Assembly: GCF_018350175.1 (NCBI RefSeq) | Contig: NC_058383.1 | Span: 1,550,001 to 1,614,000 of the forward strand | From: Felis catus | Taxonomy: Eukaryota | Length of the DNA: 64,000 nt | Direction of reading: 5' to 3' | In this document: one piece after another, positions 12,525 to 21,830 of the stretch | How the letters are laid out: every line of letters begins with the position of its first letter | Position numbering within the stretch: the first letter of the stretch is position 1 | Notes under the pieces: generated by a model | Databases searched by the model: none | Told to the model about the DNA's origin: nothing | What the model saw: only the letters and a program-made list of their open reading frames with translations | Translations under genes and position numbers: made by a program

Positions 12525-13049
12525 AAGTCTAATCATAAAATGCGTATTAATTACGAGCCACGCTTCAGTGTCGGGATCTGGCATCGTAAGCATCGATTTG
12601 TGTGTGTGTTTCAACATATTGCCAATCTTTCTAAATGTCACATCGGGCGTGTTCTCTGCTTGAATGAAAGGTAATTGGCATGTATGTGTCTCTTGAGTAA
12701 ATCCTGTTAACTACCGCGCTCAGGTCCCCCTACGTTTTCTTACCTTTGCCTCCTCGAGTGAGTCCTGCTCTGTCCCCAGCTCAGTGCCCGTAAGTTTCCA
12801 GATGGCCGCACAGGCGGGGGCAGCCGAGGGGGCCTGGGGGGCGTCCAGAGAGGAGGCCACACGGGGGTGGGGGTGCACCGGGCTGCTGCCCCCTGAGCCT
12901 CTCCCGCCCCCACCCCGACCGTGTCCCCCAGTGTGTTCGCGGCCCCCTCCCGGTGTCCCGCGTCCCGGGGGAGCACCCCTCTGCCCTCCCTGCACACTTC
13001 CCTGCCCGCCCCCCCCCCTTAAAATGCCGTGTGATTTCTCTCTGACTGG

Positions 13050-14350
13050 ACCCAGATCACAACTTGAAAAATGAGACCAAGTGGCCCCCACAGCAAGTCG
13101 CAGGACGGAGAAGTATGAGGTGCAGGGAAGGACAACAGAAAAGTCATGAAACCAAAACCCGGATCTTTGAAAGGTCAATAAAATCAATACATCTTCAGCC
13201 CGAGGAGGAGGGGGAAATGATACATTACCAACGTCATAAATGAGACAAGGGGCCGTCGACGGGGCGTCACAGACAGCCTCGTGCTCACACATTCCCCGAT
13301 CCTCGTGGGGCCCGGCCCCCGGCGCTCACGCAGCAGGTGCAGAGACACGCTGGACGGTCCTACACGGAGTAAAGAACCGAGCCTCCAGGCCCGATGGCCG
13401 CCCCGGTGCATGCCACCGGGTATTTAAGGAAGACGGGACACCGGCCGCCTCGGAAGCTCGGGACAGGCGGCGCTCAGCTTGTGAGGCCAGCGTGACTGAT
13501 GCCAAATCAGGCAAAGAGGCTACAGAGAGATGGAAATTGCAGGTCATACAGACCCAAAACCTTCTTTAAAAAGTAGCAAACAGAATCCAGAAACGTCTAG
13601 AAAGGGCGGTCTATCGGGACCGGGTGGGGTTTATTCCAGGAATAAAAAGGTTGGTTCAACGTTAAAAACAACAACAACAATAACAACAGCGACGTAATTG
13701 ACCATGTCCACCAAGTAGAAGAACCATGGCGTTAGCTCCCCAGGTACAGAAAAGCACAAATGTTCATAATAGAAGCTGCAAATTACGGACTGAGGGGAAG
13801 GTGAGTCAGACTCGGGGTTCAGAACAACCGGGACCATCGCGGGTGAGGACATGCGCACTCCCTCCTCTTGCAAGCAGCAGGGGAACACCGCCTCCCCCTC
13901 CCCTCCCCCCGGGTCACACGGGCGGCGGGTCCCAGCCATGAACGAAGGGAGGAGAAGCGCCCTCCTGATTTGCGGACACGACTTGCACTTGCGAGCCCAG
14001 TGAATCCAGAAGAATCTACAAGCCGTTGGAATAACAAATTCAGCAAACCTAAGTGCCACGTTCGAGCCCCAAGGTAAAGCTGAGGCATTAGAGGCCGGAA
14101 TCCGCGGGCCCAGAACCGGGCCTCCCCCTCCGGCCCCGTGACACGTCGCGGGCAGTGTCACAGGACCACCTTCCCCATCCGTCAGTGGTTGAGGAGCCAC
14201 TGGATCCCACGGAGGGAACAAGGAGCCTTCCCCTCGCCCACACGTGACTTCGATTTGAGGTGGGCCCGGCTCTCCGCGCGAAAGCTAAGGCGCGGTTTCC
14301 GGGAAGAAGCTAGAAGGTGCTCAGAGCTGGGCGCGCAAGGCTTCTCGGAT
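13050..14350 (+). mobile_element. Degraded ancient LINE-1 ORF2 segment
   Basis: gaaaccaaaacccggatctttgaaaggtcaataaaatcaata and gtggggtttattccaggaataaaaggttggttcaac are L1 ORF2-like. Confidence 0.7.
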
Positions 14351-14796
14351 CCCTCGCGAAGCGCTAAGCGCTGCAGGGAACGAGGCACTTGTGGGCGCGG
14401 GAAGGAGCACGACCAGAGGGAGGCCCGCGGCCGGAGCGCCGAAGGCCAGGACGCCTAGCGGCAGAAGCTTCGCGCCCGCAGTGCAGCAGGGGCTCCTACC
14501 AATCAGTGAGGGGGCAACAGGCCAAGCCCCGCTTCCCACGCCTGGCCGCGCGCAAGGGGCTCCGAGGCCCACCCCGTCCCCCCGCGGCCGCAAAGCGGAG
14601 CGAACCGGAGGCCGGCAGCTCTCAGATCCCGCAGGGAAGCGAGCTTCCGGGGGGAGACCAATGTCCCCTCGGGAGACAGACGAGCACAACTCACCGGGGC
14701 GCCCCAGGCAGGTCCTCAGCGCGCAGGGGGTGGGCGGCGTGGCGAGGCCGGGGGGGCCCGTCCTGGGGGCCGCACGCCCGTGAGAGCCTCGTGTCC

Positions 14797-15118
14797 GTGG
14801 GGTTTTGCGGATGGAGGGCGGAGCCCACGGATTCTGTGGGTGGAGGGCGGGGCCCACGGGTCTGTGGGTGGAGGAAGGGCCTGCGGGTTCTGCAGGTGGA
14901 GGGTGGGGCCCGCGGGTGGAGGGAAAGGCCCACGGGTCTGTGGGTGGAGGGAAGGGCCTGCGGGTGGAGGGAAGGGCCCACGGGTTCTGCGGGTGGAGGG
15001 TGGGGCCCACGGGTCTGTGGGTGGAGGGAAGGGCCCGCGGGTGGAGGGAAGGGTCCACGGATTCTGCGGGTGGAGGGCGGGGCCCGCGGGGTCTGCGGGT
15101 GGAGGGCGGGGCCCGCGG
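14797..15118 (+). repeat. G-rich minisatellite, about 12 units (28-29 bp long form, about 19 bp short form)
   Basis: Repeats of GGGCCC(A/G)CGG[(G/A)(T)TCTG(C/T)GG]GTGGAGGG(AA/CG/TG). Confidence 0.92.
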
Positions 15119-15822
15119 CAAACAGGCCGCGGCAGGCTCGCCCGGGAGTGGCCAGTTAGCGGGAGCCCACCTGGCCGGCCGCGGGGCGGGCCTTCCTTCC
15201 CGCAGGAACGGCGGGCACCGTGCAGGGCGGCAGCGTCTGGCCGGGGAAGCCCAAATTAAAGCCGGCTGGGATAGCGCTCATGAGGGTTGCTGGGAAGGAG
15301 GGCAGACGCCACGCGTCCCTGGGGACGTGGTCACCAGGACGCTGGCTGTCCGTGGATCGGAGGTGGCCCGACCCCTCCGGAGGCCGTTCGGTGGCCTCCA
15401 CGGTGGCCCAACGCAGTGCTGCTGGGCGTGTGCCCGTGGAGACGTGGCAGAGACGTGGGATGGGGCAAACGTAGTGAAATATTAATTCGAGGGCAGGAGT
15501 GTGTGTTTTTTTCCTGTCTGATTTTGTTCGTGTAAAGTCCACAAGTGGGCCGGGCCTCTCCGGGGGCGAGAGGTCACCGGCAGGGCCTGTCCGGGTCGGA
15601 AGGAGGCGACAGTTTCTGGTGTTCAGACAATGTTCCATGTTGGGGGCTGAGCGCCTGGAGGGGTCACCGAACTGCGCTGGGATTTGTGCATCTTTTTTCA
15701 TGTTTTCATGCTTCATTGAAAACGCTCCGGAGCGGGGATAGGGTGGCCGGCCTCATGCTGGAGAAGGGTCCACCTGTGACCCGCCTGCAGCCCGCGGCCG
15801 GGAAGCTTCACAGGTGCTCTCT

Positions 15823-16031
15823 GTTTTATTTTACTATATTTTTTATGTTTTATTTATTTTTGAGAGAGTACCAGCAGGGGAGGGGCAGAGAGAGAGAGAG
15901 GACACACAGAATCCGAAGCAGGCTCCGGGCTGTCAGCACAGAGCCTGATGTGGGGCTCGAACCCAGGAACCGGAGATCATGACCTGAGCCAGAGTCGGAC
16001 CCTTGGCCCACTGAGCCACTCAGGTGCCCTG
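15823..16031 (-). mobile_element. CAN-SINE with 13-bp TSD
   Basis: acaggtgctctct (15810-15822) / acaggtgatctct (16032-16044). Confidence 0.93.
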
Positions 16032-16199
16032 ACAGGTGATCTCTTGAAAATGAGGCCACAGAGTCACTGCAAGAAGTCAGAGCGTCCCCCACCATCCTGC
16101 AGCGGCGACCTCGCTGTGGGGTCTCTCAGTACCAGGGGTGGCTCTGTGGCGGGGTCTAGGGGCCTGGTGCCGGGGGATGGGGAGAATGGCCCCCGAGGG

Positions 16200-17350
16200 A
16201 GACCCGCCGGTCCTCGGACACCTGATTTACGGTGGCGTGGGCGGGGAGACCGCGGGGGAGAGGGGGCCGTGCGCCAAACGCGGCCAAGACAATTAGTTAT
16301 TCGTGTGGAAAAAACGAAATTGGATTTCTGTCTCACTCCATAAATAAGAATCGCTTGCAGACGACAGCGCGCGGCGTCCCCACGGCCTCCCTGTGTGGGG
16401 AGGGGGTGCCGAGCGCACGGGAGAGGCAGACCTTTGACTGCATTAGCGTCGAGAGCTTCGTGTATGGAAAAATAACCTAAAAAGGGGAAAGGTGAGTCAT
16501 ATGGTGGGAGGAGCTGTTTGCACGGATAAACCAGCAAGGCATCGATGCACAGAGCGTTGGGGCCAGGGCCGCGGGAGACCCGCAGCCCGCAGAGGAGTGG
16601 GAAGTAGGCGGGGCCGAGCAGCTCATGGGGTGTGCGGAGACCCGGCCCCCGCGTGGAGGGGATGGGGCACAGGTTCCGGCGCCCCCGAAGTCGCGGGGCT
16701 TCCTGTCCCCAAGCCCGATGCCGGCGGACCCCTCGACCCAGCCTTCTGATCCTCGATAAACCCTGAAGAAACACTTGATCCTGAGCCCGACGAGGCACGC
16801 GCTGGGTCGTCCAGGTGGCTTTTAGTAGCGAAACCTGGGAAAGCGGCCGGATGTCCACGTGACGCGCGAACGGGTACACCTGTGCTGGGAAGCTCCCCGC
16901 CGTGGAGTTGTGCCCGGAGGCCGGACGGTGTCACCGCGGGGCACGGCGGCCCCGGCAGACCGCCGGGCGTCACGCGTGGGTCCCGCACCGTAAGCGCGAG
17001 CGCACCCCGAGCCGCGTGCCGTTCTGCGCCGTGTGACCCTCGGGCGAGAGGACGGGCGGCGCCGCCTCGGGGCGGAGCCGGAGGCGGCGGAGTCGGAACC
17101 GGAAGGCACTGGGGTTCCTCGCGGTGACCTTGGGAGGGGGCGGTGGGCCTGCGAGGTCCCATTGCGCGCACATGAGTGCGCACATGAGTCACCCAGCGCG
17201 TCACATGTCACGGGACCACATTAATGAACAGAGATGCACGTTTCTGAGGCCCGAGCGTCTCGGAACAGTCCGTGTCCATCGAGAGGAATGACGGACGCTT
17301 CCTGCCGCTTAACGGACGCGCCTGCGGCGATGCCTACGCTCGGTGCTACT
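16200..17350 (+). mobile_element. Degraded ancient LINE-1 ORF2 end/3' region, strongly GC-shifted
   Basis: caattagttattcgtgtggaaaaaacgaaattggatttctgtctcactccata and gtagcgaaacctgggaaagcggccggatgtcca are recognisable L1 motifs. Confidence 0.65.
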
Positions 17351-18299
17351 CAAACCGCCTTCACTGCTTCCCGCCGGGGGCTTGCTCTCCGTGAGCTCGC
17401 GGCCTCCCGCGCCTCCAGGCTGGACGGCACCTGGGGGGGGGGGGTCTGAGCGGCCCCTGAGCGCCCGCGGGCGGGGGTCTTGCCCTGGCCACCACGTGCG
17501 CCTGCTGCGAGTTGGAGACCCGAAGCTCCGATCCGCCCTCCCATCCGGTCTGGGTCCCCCCCTCCCCCTCCCCCGCCTCTCGGCGCCCAGTTTTGAAGGG
17601 CAGAAGCCAGCCGCACCCCGCTTCCTCTGCAGGGTCTCTTCTCACAGCCTGGTTCCCTTAGCTGGGAGGCGGGGTCAGGGCTCCCCCATCCCCCCCCCAC
17701 CGCCTGCCTGCCGGCTTCTGGGGGGGGGGCTGCCCAGCGCACCCTCCCCGGCCTGCTGTCTGTTGAGTCTGTCCCGGGTCTTGAGTCAAGGCTAGAAATG
17801 CAGCTCCGGGAGCCACTTGCTGGGCCCAGGGTGCTCGGAGGGACAGCCCGTCACACAGTGTGACGTCGTGACCTTCTTGGACCCTGGGCTGGCGATGGAG
17901 ACGCAGGGGACGGTCACCGTGGCCGAGGAGCGAGCTCGGCCCGGTGCCTCGGCCGCCCCACGGGGCCCTGTCCTCGGAGGCTGGTCGTGGCCGCCCCGGA
18001 GATGAGCTGTCACCCGCACACCCCGGGCTTCCCGGCGGGATCTCTGTATCCGGGGGAGAGGAGTCTCCCCGCTCACCGCGTGGTGCCTAATATTGCTAAT
18101 CTGATGCATCTATTAAGCATATTTCCCTAAATATTTAAACACTTGCACAATTAATGAATCCCAACTAGAAAAATTAACCAATAAAATTTCCCAGATATTT
18201 AGATATTGATTACAAACTTTAATCAAATGCTTCTACATGTTTAATTAAAATCACAAGCTAAAGATACCAGATTTGCTCGAAGCGCCTTTACAACCAGGT

Positions 18300-18553
18300 A
18301 CAGCCTACGCGCTGTGTCTCCCCACAATCCACGTGCTGAGGCCCTGACCCCACCTGACCGCCTGGAGACGGGCCTCCAGGAGGTGACACCTGAAGGGACA
18401 CCCGAGCGCCCTCTCCGACCTCACGAGGACAAGGCCGGCCAGGGGCTCCACCGGAAACCGGCTTTGCTGGTCCCTGACCCCGTGACCTGAACGTCTGTTG
18501 CTGGGGCCCCCGGTCCAGGACATTAGTCAGGCGGCTCCAGCAGGCTAAGACAC
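18300..18553 (+). mobile_element. MaLR (MLT1A/B-like) LTR, internally deleted
   Basis: tgtgtctccccacaatccacgtgctgaggccctgacccc ... ggcggctccagcaggctaagaca. Confidence 0.65.
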
Positions 18554-19269
18554 GGGTTCATGACCGTGTGGAGCTGTGCCCACCGGGTGGCCTGTCCCGT
18601 CCGCGGAGGCCCCTCGGTAAGGAAGAAAAGCCTTACAGTTTCTTTCGCTGAAACCAGTTACCGGCGACGCCTGGTTTTCTCTGTTCTCGCGTCGCCCCGA
18701 GATCTCTCCACGGTCGGTGGCCACGACTTTCCCTCCCACGCCCTCCCATCGGCCTCGCCTGCAGGATCTGGGTTCTCCTTGAACCCACTTCTCTCCCGTA
18801 TGCCTCCCAGTGAAGTGCCATGGGGGAGCTGGTCTGTCCGTGTCGGGCCGCCCCCTGCCACCGTCCGCGGGGACCTGGGGCCGTGGGCCCCTCAGCAGCA
18901 CGTCCTCCTTGACAAGTAGCGTCCCCCGGAGGCGAGGGGCCCTCTTCCTCCTATCGCCGTGTGCCTGGGGCTTCGCACACACTGGCGTTGTCCCCAGTGA
19001 CTCATTCACCTGTGACCTGTGTGTTCCCGGTGCTGAAGGGCCACTCCCTGGGCAGTGAGCCTGTCCGGCTGGCGCGTGTCCCCCAGCCCACGGGTCTGCT
19101 TCCCAGGACGCCGGCCGTGGCTGCAGCGGGGGGGCCACCCGAGTGTCTGCTGCTCCCGAGATGCCCACGCTGTTCGGCACCGACGTAAAAACACACCAAA
19201 TACTTGATCGTTAGGCCGACGGCAGATTCTACGTTCTTCCGATCTCTGCACGCACCTCACACCTGACCT

Positions 19270-19330
19270 CTGCTGTGTTCACATCTCTGAGCCTCAGTTT
19301 CTCCTCCGTCACGCGGGATGACACCGTGGG
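19270..19330 (+). mobile_element. MIR core fragment
   Basis: ctctgagcctcagtttctcctccgt...gggatgaca. Confidence 0.6.
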
Positions 19331-20264
19331 TACGTCAACCCAGGACCGGTCATTAGGACGCCCGCCCTGCACACGTCCTTGCCCTTTGACCCCCCAGCTG
19401 CCCTTTGACCCCAGGCATTACTGGCGATTGCTGCAAAGTAATCATAACCAGAGGGGGAAACCGACGTCCCGACAAAAGGGATCCGACAAAGAGAACACGC
19501 GGGGGCCGGGCGCGCAGAAGCGTCACGACACGCTGTGCACCCACGTGCACACACACGCTCAAGGGGAAAGTTCCGGAAGACGCGCCAGCCAAAGTGCACA
19601 GTGATTATGTTCCTTTTCTTCCTGAGACTTTCCTGCATTTTCCAAATGTTTGACAATGGCTGGTATGAATAAGAAAAACAAACCCCCCACGTACGTGTGT
19701 TTTTTAAGCAGAAAACACCACCGCTGCCTCCTGCCAGGGTCGCCGATGAGAGAGGGTCACGAGCCTGGGGCCTGGTTCCCTGCGTGGCAGCCGTGGGGCC
19801 CCGGGGACCCAGGATCCCGGGATGCGGCCGCAGGAAGGGCGCAGGCTGGCGTCTCTGGCCCCCTGGCCCGCATTTCACCCTCAGACCCTTGGTCAAGCCA
19901 GCCTCAGGCCAGCTCAGAAGGGGTTAAGATGTGCCACCGATGCAAATTAGGTTTAATTAATCCTTTTCATCAGTTGCAAATATACCTTCTGAACCCTATT
20001 AAAAACATGAATATGCAAATGCAGACCTTTTTAAATTCTCATGTTCAAGGACTTGGTGTTGGGGTTTGATTAGTGAATTCCGTTAACAGCCTGTAAACCT
20101 GCTGCAAAATTTAATTTCCATTTTCAGTTAAAAAAAAAAAGGAGAAAAGAGTCATGACGGCTGTTGGTAATTGGGCTAATTACGGTGTTACACTCACGAG
20201 ACCACACAGGGAGCCCTGGCGGGCGGAGGGGGCAGCGACCGGGCAGGGGGAGGGCGGCCCCCAG

Positions 20265-20350
20265 CGGGCAGTCCATTTTCGAGGTGTGGAGACTGAGGCT
20301 CACTGTGGGGAGACCGGGAGCTGTGTAGGCTGGGGCAGAGCCAGCGTGGG
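20265..20350 (-). mobile_element. MIR core fragment
   Basis: ccattttcgaggtgtggagactgaggctca. Confidence 0.5.
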
Positions 20351-20744
20351 AGGGCCACCGGGCGCCCAGGCCGGGCTCCGGGGGGGGCGCCCTGGGTCCC
20401 TGTCTGTGGGGGACGCCGCTCACCGCCCCCTGGTTCTTCCGGGTCCCCATGGACTGCCAGGTCACCTGCTGGGACAGCCACTTCTCTTAGTTGACAGGGC
20501 CCTTCGCACGCACAGTGAGACCCCGAGTGACCTGTGGTGGACACGACAAGGTCCTGTCCCAACGGGGGAGGGCGGCAAGTGGGACAGAAGACAGCGGATT
20601 TCCCAGACGCGGGGGACGGTAAAAACACAGTAAAGTGATGTCTCGTTAATTATTTACACTGATTACACATTGAAGTAACCTTTTGGAATCGTTGGTTTAA
20701 ATAAGATCTGTATCTTAAACTTAACTTCACCTGTTTCTTTTTAT

Positions 20745-20970
20745 TTTTTTATTAAAAATTTTTTTTTCATGTTTATTTTTGAGAGAGAGAGACAGAGACA
20801 GAGCGTGAGCGGGGGAGGGGCAGAGAGAGAGGGAGACACAGAATCGGAAGCGGGATCCAGGCTCCGAGCTGTCCGCACAGAGCCCGACGCGGGGCTCGAA
20901 CCCACGAACCGCGAGATCATGACCTGAGCCGAAGTCGGAAGCTTAACCGCCTGAGCCAGCCGGGTGCCCC
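20745..20970 (-). mobile_element. CAN-SINE inserted in the MER33-like element
   Basis: Full-length SINE ending gagccagccgggtgcccc. Confidence 0.95.
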
Positions 20971-21007
20971 TCTTACTTCTTAAATGTGGCTACTAAATTT
21001 CAAGTCA

Positions 21008-21010
<3 letters not shown>

Positions 21011-21046
<36 letters not shown>
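21011..21046. repeat. (GT)18 microsatellite
   Basis: Perfect dinucleotide run. Confidence 0.98.
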
Positions 21047-21048
<2 letters not shown>

Positions 21049-21219
21049 TTTGCATGTTCTGTGGGACAGTCCCGTGGGTTCCCGAGACCATGCGAGCCTG
21101 ATGGAAACTGATGGAAACTGTGTAACGTGTGTGTTGCTGATAAACTACGCGTGAGGAAGATGGCGGGGGCCAGAGGTGCCGTAAGGGAGAACGGAGCGGG
21201 TTCAGGAGACGGGGGCGGC

Positions 21220-21590
21220 AGCGGTCAGTTTGGGCCGCTGTAACAAATGCCGCCACATACTGAGCGGCTGAAACAACGGAAATGATTCCTCACGTCTTGG
21301 AGGCTGGAAGTTCGAGATCCGGGCGTGGGGAGGGCTGCTTCCTCCTGAAGCCCCTCCGTGGCGCGTAGACGCCGTGTTCTCCCCGTGTCCTCACGGGGTC
21401 GTCCCTCTGCGCGCGCGTCCGTGTCCTGATCTCCTCCTTCTATAGGACCCCAGTCCTGCTGGGTTGGGGCCCACCGTCGTGACCTCCTCTTACCTTAACC
21501 CCCTCTTCAGACCCCCGTCTCCAAGTACATCACATTCCGGGCCCCGGGCTTCCACCTGTGGATTTGGGGAACTCAACTCAGCCCCTGACG
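21220..21590 (-). mobile_element. MaLR MLT1B-like solo LTR
   Basis: gggccgctgtaacaaatgcc...aaacaacggaaatgattcctcac...tggaggctggaagttcgagatc...tctccaagtacatcacattc. Confidence 0.85.
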
Positions 21591-21714
21591 GGGTGTGGGC
21601 CCGGCCCGTGCACGCGTGTGAGCGGAGACCGGGGCCTGCCCTCTCTGGACGGGCCCCTGTGGGGAGCCCACAGGCGGGAGGGAGCTTGGTGAACTGGTGG
21701 GTTCCCGTGGGGTG

Positions 21715-21830
21715 AGAGCTTCACGGCCTCGCACCGGGCACGAGAGCCGCCTGGGGGTCGCGTCACGTGCAGATTCTGATTCAGCGGGTCCAGGCGGGAC
21801 CCGAGAACCGAGAACCTGCGTCCCTGACCG
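21715..21830. mobile_element. MER5-like hAT fragment
   Basis: tgcagattctgattcagcgggtccaggcgggacccgaga. Confidence 0.55.

Larger units (their letters stand above)
8950..12720 (-). mobile_element. Fragmented ancient LINE-1 ORF2, antisense, interrupted by SINEs and GC-rich stretches
   Basis: Antisense L1-like blocks such as ttttaggattttgcatgtata, gaaagactttgagtaaggtcggc and tagaaccttcccgtaaaa. Continuity and boundaries approximate. Confidence 0.55.
20592..21070 (-). mobile_element. MER33-like hAT-Charlie DNA transposon, split by a SINE and containing a (GT)18 expansion
   Basis: ttaacttcacctgtttcttttt [SINE] tacttcttaaatgtggctacta...ggacag follows the reverse complement of the recalled MER33 consensus. 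Confidence 0.75.

Noticed and set aside
14797..15118. Repeat arrays (here, 47490-47692 and 54016-54119) as CRISPR-like
   Set aside because: Mammalian DNA; head-to-tail units with no unique spacers and no cas genes.
20630..20745. AT-rich patch as another enhancer island
   Set aside because: Explained by the MER33-like transposon.
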